Part shown: positions 45,619 to 54,927 of the stretch, one piece after another
Numbering within the stretch: the first letter of the stretch is position 1
Layout: every line of letters starts with the position of its first letter
Origin: a virus
IMG/VR virus record: IMGVR_UViG_3300032073_005220
Coordinates: 64,001-128,000 of that record
Length of the DNA: 64,000 nt
Direction: 5' to 3' (one strand)
The notes under the pieces: generated by a model
Seen by the model: the letters and a program-made list of their open reading frames with translations, nothing else
What the model was told of the DNA's origin: nothing
The model's database searches: none
Made by a program: the position numbers and the translations under genes

Positions 45619-46378
45619 AGAAAAAAAGACCATCATACAAAAATTGTATGAAAAAGAAAATAAAAGCTTTGCAGACATAGCAAAAGAATACGATACATAT
45701 GCTAATAAGATTAGAAGAGATGCTATAAAATATAAAATTAATATTAAGAATAAAAGCGAAGCTCAAAAATTAGTATTATCTACAGGAAAAACCAAACACC
45801 CTACTAAAGGCAAGCAGAGAACAGAAGAAGAGAAAAACAATATAGGTATGGGTGTTTATAAAGCTTGGCAAAATATGGACGAAGAAATTCTAGAAAAAAG
45901 AAAACAAAAAAGTGCTGAAAATTGGCAAAAAATAGACAGACATAAAAAAGAAAATATGATGAACCAAGCTAATAAAGCTGTTAGACTAGCAAGTAAAACA
46001 GGATCAAAATTAGAAAAATTTTTCCTACAAGGCTTAATAGATGCTGGTTATAGAGTAGAATTTCACAAACAACAAGTTTTAGGAAATACCAAGCTTGAAA
46101 TTGACCTGTTTCTGCCTACTATAAACATAGCGGTAGAAGTTGACGGACCCTCCCATTTCAAAGAGATATGGGGTTCTGACAATTTAAAGAAAAATCAAAC
46201 ATATGATAGAAAGAAAACAGGACTAATATTGGGCAGAGGTTGGTATTTAGTCAGAGTAAAACAAGATAAAGATTTCTCTAAGTCTTATGCTAATATTTTA
46301 CTTAGCAAACTACTGCAACAAATATCAACTATAGAATCTAATGGAAGTAATATTAAAGAATTTTTTATAGAGGAATAA
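45590..46378 (+). CDS. HTH/NUMOD3-like plus DUF559 (Vsr-like) endonuclease, probable homing endonuclease
   Basis: KSFADIAKEY HTH, KGKQRTEEEK..I NUMOD3-like, SKLE, IDLFLP..NIAVEVDGPSH, D.KK. Confidence 0.7.
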   Translation: MKTYKELSDKEKKTIIQKLYEKENKSFADIAKEYDTYANKIRRDAIKYKINIKNKSEAQKLVLSTGKTKHPTKGKQRTEEEKNNIGMGVYKAWQNMDEEILEKRKQKSAENWQKIDRHKKENMMNQANKAVRLASKTGSKLEKFFLQGLIDAGYRVEFHKQQVLGNTKLEIDLFLPTINIAVEVDGPSHFKEIWGSDNLKKNQTYDRKKTGLILGRGWYLVRVKQDKDFSKSYANILLSKLLQQISTIESNGSNIKEFFIEE

Positions 46379-46379
46379 A

Positions 46380-47108
46380 ATGGCTAAAAAGCAAACTAAA
46401 GTACAAAAAACAGAAACTCCAGAAGCACAGGAACCACAAGAGATTTCCAAGCCTGATATTAATTCATTAGAATGGAACGATTATGTTCTAGGTCTATTAT
46501 CAGAAGAAGAAAAAATTGCTGGCAACCCTACGACGGATGGATTGAGAAGAGTATTCGAAATAGCTTTAGATTGTGTGATTATAGACTCAACTTCAGAAGT
46601 TGTGCAATCTCCAAGTCCAGACAACGAAAAAAGAGCAACAGTAGTGCATTCTCTAAGCTATTTTTTAAATGATGAGTCATTGCCAGTAGAAATTAAAGCA
46701 AGGGCTGTCAACGGAGCTGCTGACGTCTACTGGGGTAATTGTGATAAGGTTTATAGAAATCATCCTGTTGCAGTGGCTGAAACCAGAGCTGAAGGCCGAG
46801 CTCTTAGAAGGGGTCTTAAGTTAAGAAAGGTTATAGCAGCAGAAGAAGTGGCCAATGAAATTGAGGATGATCCGGATGGTATTAGTGTCTCAAAAATAAC
46901 AAATAATCAAATTAATTTCATTGACGTTTTGTCTAAAAGGCTTAATATAAATGTAAATAACATGTTGACGATTAAAAATATTACAGAATCTATATATAAT
47001 GTATCTCATACAGATGCTGTGACTTTAATTAGAGACTTGTCTAAATATCAGCAAAAAGTATCAGATATACCAGAGAATATCATCGGATACGATTCCTCGT
47101 GGAAATAA
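46380..47108 (+). CDS. Putative Rad52/ERF-like single-strand annealing protein
   Basis: DGLRR, AVAETRAEGRALRRGL...AAEE and C-terminal ITNNQINFI..L helical domain. Confidence 0.45.
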   Translation: MAKKQTKVQKTETPEAQEPQEISKPDINSLEWNDYVLGLLSEEEKIAGNPTTDGLRRVFEIALDCVIIDSTSEVVQSPSPDNEKRATVVHSLSYFLNDESLPVEIKARAVNGAADVYWGNCDKVYRNHPVAVAETRAEGRALRRGLKLRKVIAAEEVANEIEDDPDGISVSKITNNQINFIDVLSKRLNINVNNMLTIKNITESIYNVSHTDAVTLIRDLSKYQQKVSDIPENIIGYDSSWK

Positions 47109-47120
47109 AGGTAAAATATT

Positions 47121-47441
47121 ATGAAAGCCAAATATAAAGTAGGCGATAAACTTGAGTTTGAATTAGATGGTGCTGGCCAGAAAGAACTTTTTAAAGAAAT
47201 CGCTAGTATTCAAGAAATTTTTGGAGAAACTAAATGCGGAATATGTGGATCCGAAAATATTAAGTTTGTAGTAAGAGTTGTAGACGATAATGAATATTAT
47301 GAATTGCGTTGCATGGATTGTGGAGCAATCCTCTCGTATGGTCAACACAAAAAAGGCGGAACACTCTTCCCGAAAAGAAAAGATGCTGATGGTAAATGGA
47401 TGAAGAATAATGGTTGGTATAAATATGATCCAAAAGCTTAA
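47121..47441 (+). CDS. Zinc-ribbon protein
   Basis: CGICGS...YYELRCMDCGA. Confidence 0.7.
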   Translation: MKAKYKVGDKLEFELDGAGQKELFKEIASIQEIFGETKCGICGSENIKFVVRVVDDNEYYELRCMDCGAILSYGQHKKGGTLFPKRKDADGKWMKNNGWYKYDPKA

Positions 47442-47461
47442 AATATAACCACCAATACCTA

Positions 47462-50400
47462 TTATCCGCCAACGCCTATAGTTAATTGAGTTTCTCCTAT
47501 AATACCATCATAAAACACTATTCCAGCCGCACTTGTTGCCATTAGCTTAATGGCGTCGTTGTGACAAGAGAACTGATAAGGATCACAAGAGGGGTGTTGT
47601 GGTCCAGGTGTCTGTGATAAGCCTCCAGGAGGGACGTATTGTGGACCATCCTCTTCGTCTATTTCTGGTTCAGGAGTATACTCTCCTGCGCACTGACAAA
47701 CTAGTTGTAAAGTCATAAAAACTCCGCATGTTCCTTCGGTATCGGTTGAAACACCAGCTATATCGTCAGCAGTAACAGTATACGAAAAAGTGGCTCTATC
47801 ACATAATTCCTCAACACTTGGACCAGGAACACCGGGATACCCTACTGCATTATTTAAATTCATACCATAATAAGCTATTCTTCCATTTATTACTAAATTA
47901 TATACAGCTCTATTGCAACAGTGACCTTCAGGTATTCCTGCTGAAAAATCTAGTACAGCACCTAATAGAGTGCCTATATTCACACTGTCAGTAGCAACTT
48001 TATAGTCATAAGGTATCCATTCCCAAGCTTCTTGAGATGTTAATGCTATTTTATTGGTTTGTTCAACTCCGTCAGTACTGCCAAAAAATCCCCTAAAAGC
48101 CATTTCATTCATCATCTTAAAAAAAGGAGTAGTAGCAGTATATTGATTGTTTTGATCTACGCACCTCCAGCAATAAAACTCGTTAGCTATAGTACCAAAT
48201 TGAGTACTTATGGGCTTAACGCTTCTAGATAATCCTCCGTCTCTAGTAGGAATGTATATTTTTCCTCTCTGATCATGATATCTTAATTTTCTAGGCGGCA
48301 TTACCCTGAATTTCATATACACGGGCTTATTGAAATCTATCACTTCTTTAAGTTGATAATCTGCATATGTGCTTCCTAAAGCAGCAGGTCTTTCATAGGT
48401 GTCCTGCCAAGCAATTAATGCTCCATTCGTATTATCTCCAAAATTTAGTAGCATTTTATTTACGTCGACACTGCTTGTGTTTGTTGATCCAAAACTATAT
48501 TCTACCATATTGCTAAAATCTAAGCTAGGATCAACTTCTTTCCAAGCGTCTTTAACTTCTTGTTGTTTTTTATCTGTGTAGTCTATTCTATAATTTCCTC
48601 CGTTTAAGTCAGTAACTTCTATAACACCATCCTCTCCTTGAGGAACAGGATAAGTACTGCTATTGCTGTCAGGAGTAATATGACTTTGAGTGGTAATTTG
48701 GTTTCCATTAATAGTACTTCCGATATCAAGCAATTGATATTCAGTATATGTGGGTATTTTAACACTCATTTCATTACTAACAAAACAACCATTTTCTGGA
48801 TCTACATGTATCCAGTAATGACTAGTATCGTTATAAGATATAGAACTATCATTAGTTCCATTCATATTAAATGAACCCCTAGTATGAGGAGTCCTCTGTC
48901 CTCCCGTATATGCTATATTCAGAGCATGATAGATATCGTTTGCTTCATTTTCTTTACTGCGTATTCTGTGTTTAAGATAAGTTTTATGACAGTCTTCTGG
49001 AGTGTAATATCCAGATGTTTGACATTCTATGGGGTCGTTTGGTAAAGTGTTAAAGTAATTCCTTAATCCTATTAAATTACTCGACACCTTAGCCTGATCA
49101 AAAGTTGTTATGGCGTTTTCTTGGCGGCCTGTAATATCTTCATAATGACCTGTCATACTAGCATATTCTTGTGGATAAAATGATACGATCTTATTGTTGT
49201 AATTGAGGTCTTTGTCAATCATTAAAACCCCAGTATCTGATAGGTTAAAACTTCCTGAATCTTCAGCCTCTTCAAAAATTTCATTGTTAATATCTCTAAT
49301 TTTATTTGTTGCAATTTCAATAAAATCTTCTTCATATAATTCTTGTATAGCAAAATAAATAGGCTTATACGCATCATCTAGTGTTTTTGAAGAAATTGTG
49401 TCTACCCCTTGTGCAGAATCCAATAAATCTAATTCTTGAGATAAGCCGTGACCACTATATATTCCCAAGTCCTTAATACTGTATCTATATGCTCTCATTT
49501 TATCACCCGTCGAATCGTCGGACGAAAAAGTTAAACGAGAAGTTTTCTCTTCTAACATATAGTCTCCATCTATAGGATTACCCTCTTCATCCTCATTTAC
49601 TGCTATAGTTCCGAGCTCATCGACGTAAGGAGCTTTATGTGTTACAGAAAAATTGAAATACTTATATTGATCATTATTTTTATTATTAGCTTGATCATGT
49701 ATATCAAAAGATTTATTAGTTTTTTGCTCTGTGTCTAATGTTCCGTGTCTAATAGTGTCTGTACCGTATCCAATATTTCCCTCTGGTGTGGCGGTATTGG
49801 TGAAGTTGTGTGAATCTGTATTTAATCCCTGTTTGTGTTCTTCCATAGGCCATTTATAAACAAAATGTGAGTCTTCCACCCAGTTATTGCTTTTTTGGCT
49901 AAGATCTTGTTCAGATGTCTGGAATCTAGGATTAAAAACTAAAATCCTATTACTTGCAGAAGCAGAATAGCCTACGTAACCATCTCCTTTAACAGCTTCT
50001 CCAAATCCTAGTATTGTCTTATAACCAGAATTTGTACTAATTAAATTTGAAGATGTAATTGTATTAGCGATATTTCCAGCAAGCAAAACTGTTTTTCCTA
50101 CATCAAAATGATAATATGCTCGATAGCCGTCAATAATTATATGATGACCACCATACCAATTAGTGCTTGAGGATACATTAAGCTTATGATTTTGCAGAAA
50201 TATATAGTTATTATCAGGAAAACTAATCCAACTACCCTTCTGTACTAACCAATAACCATTATTTTCTAAAATAGGCTGGTTGTTTAATTGAACTATATCT
50301 CCAGCAAAAAGATTTATTTTCTTTTCATGAGTACTTCCATCAATAGTACTTTGGTAACTGTAGTTATGGTCTAATTTTTCTCCAATTAAATCTAAGTAAT

Positions 50401-53400
50401 CATTTGACATATCTTCGTTTAATACATATTTACAGTTTATCAAATCTAGCGATCTATAATTTTCTAATACAGAATAACTAAATCGACCAAGACCTCCGAA
50501 CGGACTTTTTTTATGAATCAAAACATATGCAAGTTGTTGACGATAGGATTGGGTAGTATTTTGATATTTAAAAATAGGAACCTCTGTAGCATACCAATAA
50601 GATTTATTATTACTTAAACATACAACAACTCTATCTGGTTTGCCAAAACCCGAATTTCTATAGACAGGAGTAAAGTATGCTCTATTCAAATTTTCTATTC
50701 TTGCTGCAATTCTATTTTGAATAAAGTAATTTACAATAGGATCATTTACTCCTCCATTAGATAAACTATTAGCTAAAGTAATTAATCCTCCCATAGCGCC
50801 AAGTCCAATACCTCCGAAAAAACTACCTATAAATAATAAATAACCAATAAGATTAGGAAACCCGACGGCAGTGGGCAAAGTGTCCCCAAGTAAATCATTT
50901 AATGCGTCGTAATAAGAGCAATTAGAAACGCCTTCTATATATGGATACGGCGCATTCACGTTCACATTAGGAATAATGGTTTTTCTATTTGCATTAAATA
51001 TATAATTAAAAGGACCAATACTATTCTGCACAGATGAGCTCTTGTCATAAGCTATTTTACCTAGAGTGTCTTTTCTGTGATATCCCGGAACATCATCTCT
51101 ATGTAAAATTAATTCCCAATTACATAAGCTATTGTTTATCGTATTTGATGTTGTTCTTTTATTTAGACTTTTCAAATTTGAAAGCGTATCATTAGATAAT
51201 AAATTATCCATAATTGTTGTTCTATAATCAAAAGGATTAATCACATAAACCGCAAGTTTGGCTGTAATACCTCCCATTTTTTCTTGGCTAAATTTATCTA
51301 AATGGGTAAAAAATCCTCCTATAGAACTGTTTTTTATAGCATTAACCATATGAACATCGCTTGCAGATTGGGTTTCTGCGCCTGGAAGATCAGCGAACGC
51401 TGTTGGCGATAATTTTTCTTCATTCTGATGGTCTGATAAATTGAGGTGTGTGCGTTGTGTACCTAAACTGTTAAATGTCTCTCTGGTACTAGCTACGATA
51501 TTCTTATTATAAAAATCAGAAAATCTCAAAACGTAATTAGGATTATAATTTTTTATATGTTCCTGATTAATTAAACATACCTGTCCCGTAGCATGCAAAA
51601 TTCTTAAAGCATCATAATAGTCTTTTAGATTATCATTATAGTCACTAGGCGGAGTATAGGACATGGTGTCTATCTGATTTTCATATTTAGTTCCATACTG
51701 ATCATACATTTCTAATACAAAACTTAGATTTTGAGGATTTTGATAATTTAAATAATTTAGATTTACTTCTACATGTTTAATGTCAGCATTTAAAGAATCT
51801 TGTTCGTACAGGTCGTAACTTTCTTGCAGTTCTCCTGTAACATAATCTTCATCATATCCATTAGGAGTACTCTCTCCTATACGATACATAGAATGATCTC
51901 CGTGTTTCGGTCCTCCAAAAGATTTGTATCCGTAAGAATCTCCTTTGCGCCTATTGTCTCCTCCTTGAAAAGGCTGATTGGGGTCTACAAATTTATTTGG
52001 GTTTATATAAATACTGCTTCTGTGAGGTTTAGATAATCCGTTTTCGACATGAGGTCGAAGATCATAAAAACCCCTACCTTCAAATAAATGGGTAGAATAT
52101 TTTTCTGTTCTATCTTCTAAGGCATATGATATGTTGTCTATAAAATTAGGATCATCGGGATATACAAAACCCACCTCAGGATCAAAAAGACCTTTTTGTA
52201 GAGCGATTTCATTGCCTGTAATAGCGATATTTTCTCTATAACAAAAAACACCTGTAGGCCTAAACATGTCGTTTCTTCTATCTAAAGCAGTCAGACCCTT
52301 GTGATTCGCAATTCTGCTTGATCCTAAAATTTGGCTTAATTGTCTTTCATCGAATCCTCCATACGATCTAACTGGAGCTCCTGTATATATCTCGTCTGTA
52401 GGCCATCCAAATTCTGTAAACACATTTGAAGAAAAATCCTTACTTTTCCAAGTTTGTAAATTTCCATTAACCCTATTAGGACCTCTATAAAAAGCAATAC
52501 CTTGCGGAGCTACGTCTCTTTTTGCATAAATTCTATCACTATAACTAGAAGCACAATAAGGATTACACTCATCTCTTAAGTAAGATATGTTTAAAGAATA
52601 TATCGAAATGGTAGTGTTTCCTGGTTTGTAAGTTAAATCTAGATAAGTATTGGTAGCAGCTATTGGCTGAATACCATCGAAAGCTTTACCTCCTGTATCG
52701 TCCGTAATAAACAATCTAATATCTTCAGCTTTTAAACATTCTGAATGGCCGCCTTCTACTATATTATTATCATTAGTATTAATATAATTAGGAGTATCTA
52801 CTAACCATATTAGTCCAGCTTTATCAAAAGCAATAGTATTGGCAAATCCGCAATTAATTTTACGAAAATAAATAGGTTTTGAAGTAATGTCTGATGATAG
52901 ATCGGGGAGTAAATAACTGTTTGATTCTGTAGTTATTATGGTTCTGTCAACTTGAGAAAATGGCCCTACACTTCTTATTAGCTCAATCTCCCAAGTTCCA
53001 GCTTGTGTTATGCCCAAAAATACGTCTGGTATAATCGCGGTGTTGAAAGTTTTACCAGTTCGGAAAGGTGTTCCTCTGACACCTCCTGCATTAATATTTG
53101 GTACTGATACGCTATCTTCATAACCGAATCTTAATCCTCCTGGTCCTTTTCTTACTCTCCAACTATATTGAGCGTCAGCATAATTAGTTTCAAGGGAGCT
53201 ACTATCAGGCAAAGCGTCCTCAATTTCTAATCGCTCGCCCGATGAAATCTCACCAAAACCAAAAGAAGTAGCTATACTCCCCACATGACCTCTACCTAAA
53301 TACAAAGTATTATCTGACATTGCAGGCAACTCATAGTCGGCATAATATACAATCTTATTACTTGATTTATCTGAAGTAAACTCAGGATCATCAGGTGGAG

Positions 53401-54919
53401 CCTTTTGAAAAGTGCTTATGTCGGCTTGACTTTGAGTTTCATTAAAATCTGTCTGATAGCTCATATATTGGTATTCGTCATGACCTAAATATATGCCGTA
53501 ATTATTATACAAAGTTGTTGACTCAGAAACAGAAGATTCATCATAGTATGTGGTGGCGATATTAGCGAAACTAAGATGTGGGCCATTTGTACCGTCTCTA
53601 AATGTTGATCTCCTATCTTGAGGTTCTTCTGGATCTACATAACGCAAAATAGTATTCTCTCCAGGACCCAAAGTTAATTCAGGAGTATACTTACTTATTA
53701 TCTTATAAAATAATTGTTCTTTGCTGGAAACATAATCATTTAAAGATATTCTATCCACTTTATCATACATACTATCGCTAGCAATATTGATAATATTATA
53801 GATACATTTAAATACTTCTAGTTTTTCTTGTTCTGGGTCTCCGCCTTGCAAACTATTTAGAAAATTTAAAACAGTAGTTTTAATACGACTATCACTAAGA
53901 CTACTAATAGTAACTCTATCTATTTGAGGTCCAGTGCTCATAAAATTACACAAAAGATTAAAAGCTCTGGTTTTATTTTCTGACATAGTATACCCTCTAG
54001 CATAAGGGTAAAGAGCATTAAATATCTCTCTATAGATACCATGTAATGCTGGAGACACATAAGAGTAACTATATAAACTAGAAGCTTGTGCTCTAGCCGC
54101 ATCTACTGCATTGTCATGAAAAGCAAAACTTTCTCCATTAGGTATGTAAATAGCATCTACTCGATTAGAAAAAGTACTGCCACCTACTATTCTAACAACT
54201 TGATAGCTTGTATCTCCGTTTAAACTATAATTATACAGTTCCTCCTCATCTGTAAAACTAAATTCTGGAGGATTATCTACATTCAAACTTGAATTTAGAA
54301 CAGATCTGTCTACAGATAATTTTTTAGCAGTTCTGTCATCTGTTTTTTGATAGTATCTATCCTCTTCATACTGTTCTTCTTGTACTAAGAATATCGTGCC
54401 AACTGGCATGAATCTAAATTTCATATTTAAATCAGCGGTTGAATTTCTACGATACCAGCATAAAACACCATATAAAGGCGAAAAATTGTTATATTTATTA
54501 GTTAATCTCCAATCGCTTGACATAAATCTGTTTACCTCAGATCCTCCATCGGCGTCCAATGTTTTCCAGTAATTAAATTTGCCAACAAAACTTATAAAAT
54601 CATTTATACCTAAAGAATCTTCTTTGAAATCTATTTTTTCGAGTACTGTTTTTTTACCTTGATCACTTTGGGATGTTGTAATAAAAGCAGGATACCAAGC
54701 GTTGTCTAAGGTGTCTGCATCCTGTTCTTCTGCTGTGCTAATACTACTTCCTATAATATCATTTAGTCTATCTATTTTTAAATTAACATCATAAGTATCT
54801 CCATTAGCTTCATATGTAATACTTCCATTATTGGTAATAGAAAAATAATATTGTCGCAAATCATTAAATAATGAGCTATTGTACATGCTACAATCAGGAT
54901 ATTGGCTGTGTGTATACAT
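47462..54919 (-). CDS. Very large putative virion structural protein (tail/baseplate/adhesin), 2485 aa
   Basis: Size and beta-rich composition; PKD-like YSWRVRKGP...GTWEIEL; P-domain-like IKHVEVNLNY...CNWELIL; internal hydrophobic segment; Cys-rich C-terminus. Confidence 0.6.
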   Translation of the reverse strand: MYTHSQYPDCSMYNSSLFNDLRQYYFSITNNGSITYEANGDTYDVNLKIDRLNDIIGSSISTAEEQDADTLDNAWYPAFITTSQSDQGKKTVLEKIDFKEDSLGINDFISFVGKFNYWKTLDADGGSEVNRFMSSDWRLTNKYNNFSPLYGVLCWYRRNSTADLNMKFRFMPVGTIFLVQEEQYEEDRYYQKTDDRTAKKLSVDRSVLNSSLNVDNPPEFSFTDEEELYNYSLNGDTSYQVVRIVGGSTFSNRVDAIYIPNGESFAFHDNAVDAARAQASSLYSYSYVSPALHGIYREIFNALYPYARGYTMSENKTRAFNLLCNFMSTGPQIDRVTISSLSDSRIKTTVLNFLNSLQGGDPEQEKLEVFKCIYNIINIASDSMYDKVDRISLNDYVSSKEQLFYKIISKYTPELTLGPGENTILRYVDPEEPQDRRSTFRDGTNGPHLSFANIATTYYDESSVSESTTLYNNYGIYLGHDEYQYMSYQTDFNETQSQADISTFQKAPPDDPEFTSDKSSNKIVYYADYELPAMSDNTLYLGRGHVGSIATSFGFGEISSGERLEIEDALPDSSSLETNYADAQYSWRVRKGPGGLRFGYEDSVSVPNINAGGVRGTPFRTGKTFNTAIIPDVFLGITQAGTWEIELIRSVGPFSQVDRTIITTESNSYLLPDLSSDITSKPIYFRKINCGFANTIAFDKAGLIWLVDTPNYINTNDNNIVEGGHSECLKAEDIRLFITDDTGGKAFDGIQPIAATNTYLDLTYKPGNTTISIYSLNISYLRDECNPYCASSYSDRIYAKRDVAPQGIAFYRGPNRVNGNLQTWKSKDFSSNVFTEFGWPTDEIYTGAPVRSYGGFDERQLSQILGSSRIANHKGLTALDRRNDMFRPTGVFCYRENIAITGNEIALQKGLFDPEVGFVYPDDPNFIDNISYALEDRTEKYSTHLFEGRGFYDLRPHVENGLSKPHRSSIYINPNKFVDPNQPFQGGDNRRKGDSYGYKSFGGPKHGDHSMYRIGESTPNGYDEDYVTGELQESYDLYEQDSLNADIKHVEVNLNYLNYQNPQNLSFVLEMYDQYGTKYENQIDTMSYTPPSDYNDNLKDYYDALRILHATGQVCLINQEHIKNYNPNYVLRFSDFYNKNIVASTRETFNSLGTQRTHLNLSDHQNEEKLSPTAFADLPGAETQSASDVHMVNAIKNSSIGGFFTHLDKFSQEKMGGITAKLAVYVINPFDYRTTIMDNLLSNDTLSNLKSLNKRTTSNTINNSLCNWELILHRDDVPGYHRKDTLGKIAYDKSSSVQNSIGPFNYIFNANRKTIIPNVNVNAPYPYIEGVSNCSYYDALNDLLGDTLPTAVGFPNLIGYLLFIGSFFGGIGLGAMGGLITLANSLSNGGVNDPIVNYFIQNRIAARIENLNRAYFTPVYRNSGFGKPDRVVVCLSNNKSYWYATEVPIFKYQNTTQSYRQQLAYVLIHKKSPFGGLGRFSYSVLENYRSLDLINCKYVLNEDMSNDYLDLIGEKLDHNYSYQSTIDGSTHEKKINLFAGDIVQLNNQPILENNGYWLVQKGSWISFPDNNYIFLQNHKLNVSSSTNWYGGHHIIIDGYRAYYHFDVGKTVLLAGNIANTITSSNLISTNSGYKTILGFGEAVKGDGYVGYSASASNRILVFNPRFQTSEQDLSQKSNNWVEDSHFVYKWPMEEHKQGLNTDSHNFTNTATPEGNIGYGTDTIRHGTLDTEQKTNKSFDIHDQANNKNNDQYKYFNFSVTHKAPYVDELGTIAVNEDEEGNPIDGDYMLEEKTSRLTFSSDDSTGDKMRAYRYSIKDLGIYSGHGLSQELDLLDSAQGVDTISSKTLDDAYKPIYFAIQELYEEDFIEIATNKIRDINNEIFEEAEDSGSFNLSDTGVLMIDKDLNYNNKIVSFYPQEYASMTGHYEDITGRQENAITTFDQAKVSSNLIGLRNYFNTLPNDPIECQTSGYYTPEDCHKTYLKHRIRSKENEANDIYHALNIAYTGGQRTPHTRGSFNMNGTNDSSISYNDTSHYWIHVDPENGCFVSNEMSVKIPTYTEYQLLDIGSTINGNQITTQSHITPDSNSSTYPVPQGEDGVIEVTDLNGGNYRIDYTDKKQQEVKDAWKEVDPSLDFSNMVEYSFGSTNTSSVDVNKMLLNFGDNTNGALIAWQDTYERPAALGSTYADYQLKEVIDFNKPVYMKFRVMPPRKLRYHDQRGKIYIPTRDGGLSRSVKPISTQFGTIANEFYCWRCVDQNNQYTATTPFFKMMNEMAFRGFFGSTDGVEQTNKIALTSQEAWEWIPYDYKVATDSVNIGTLLGAVLDFSAGIPEGHCCNRAVYNLVINGRIAYYGMNLNNAVGYPGVPGPSVEELCDRATFSYTVTADDIAGVSTDTEGTCGVFMTLQLVCQCAGEYTPEPEIDEEDGPQYVPPGGLSQTPGPQHPSCDPYQFSCHNDAIKLMATSAAGIVFYDGIIGETQLTIGVGG

Positions 54920-54927
54920 ATAAAATT

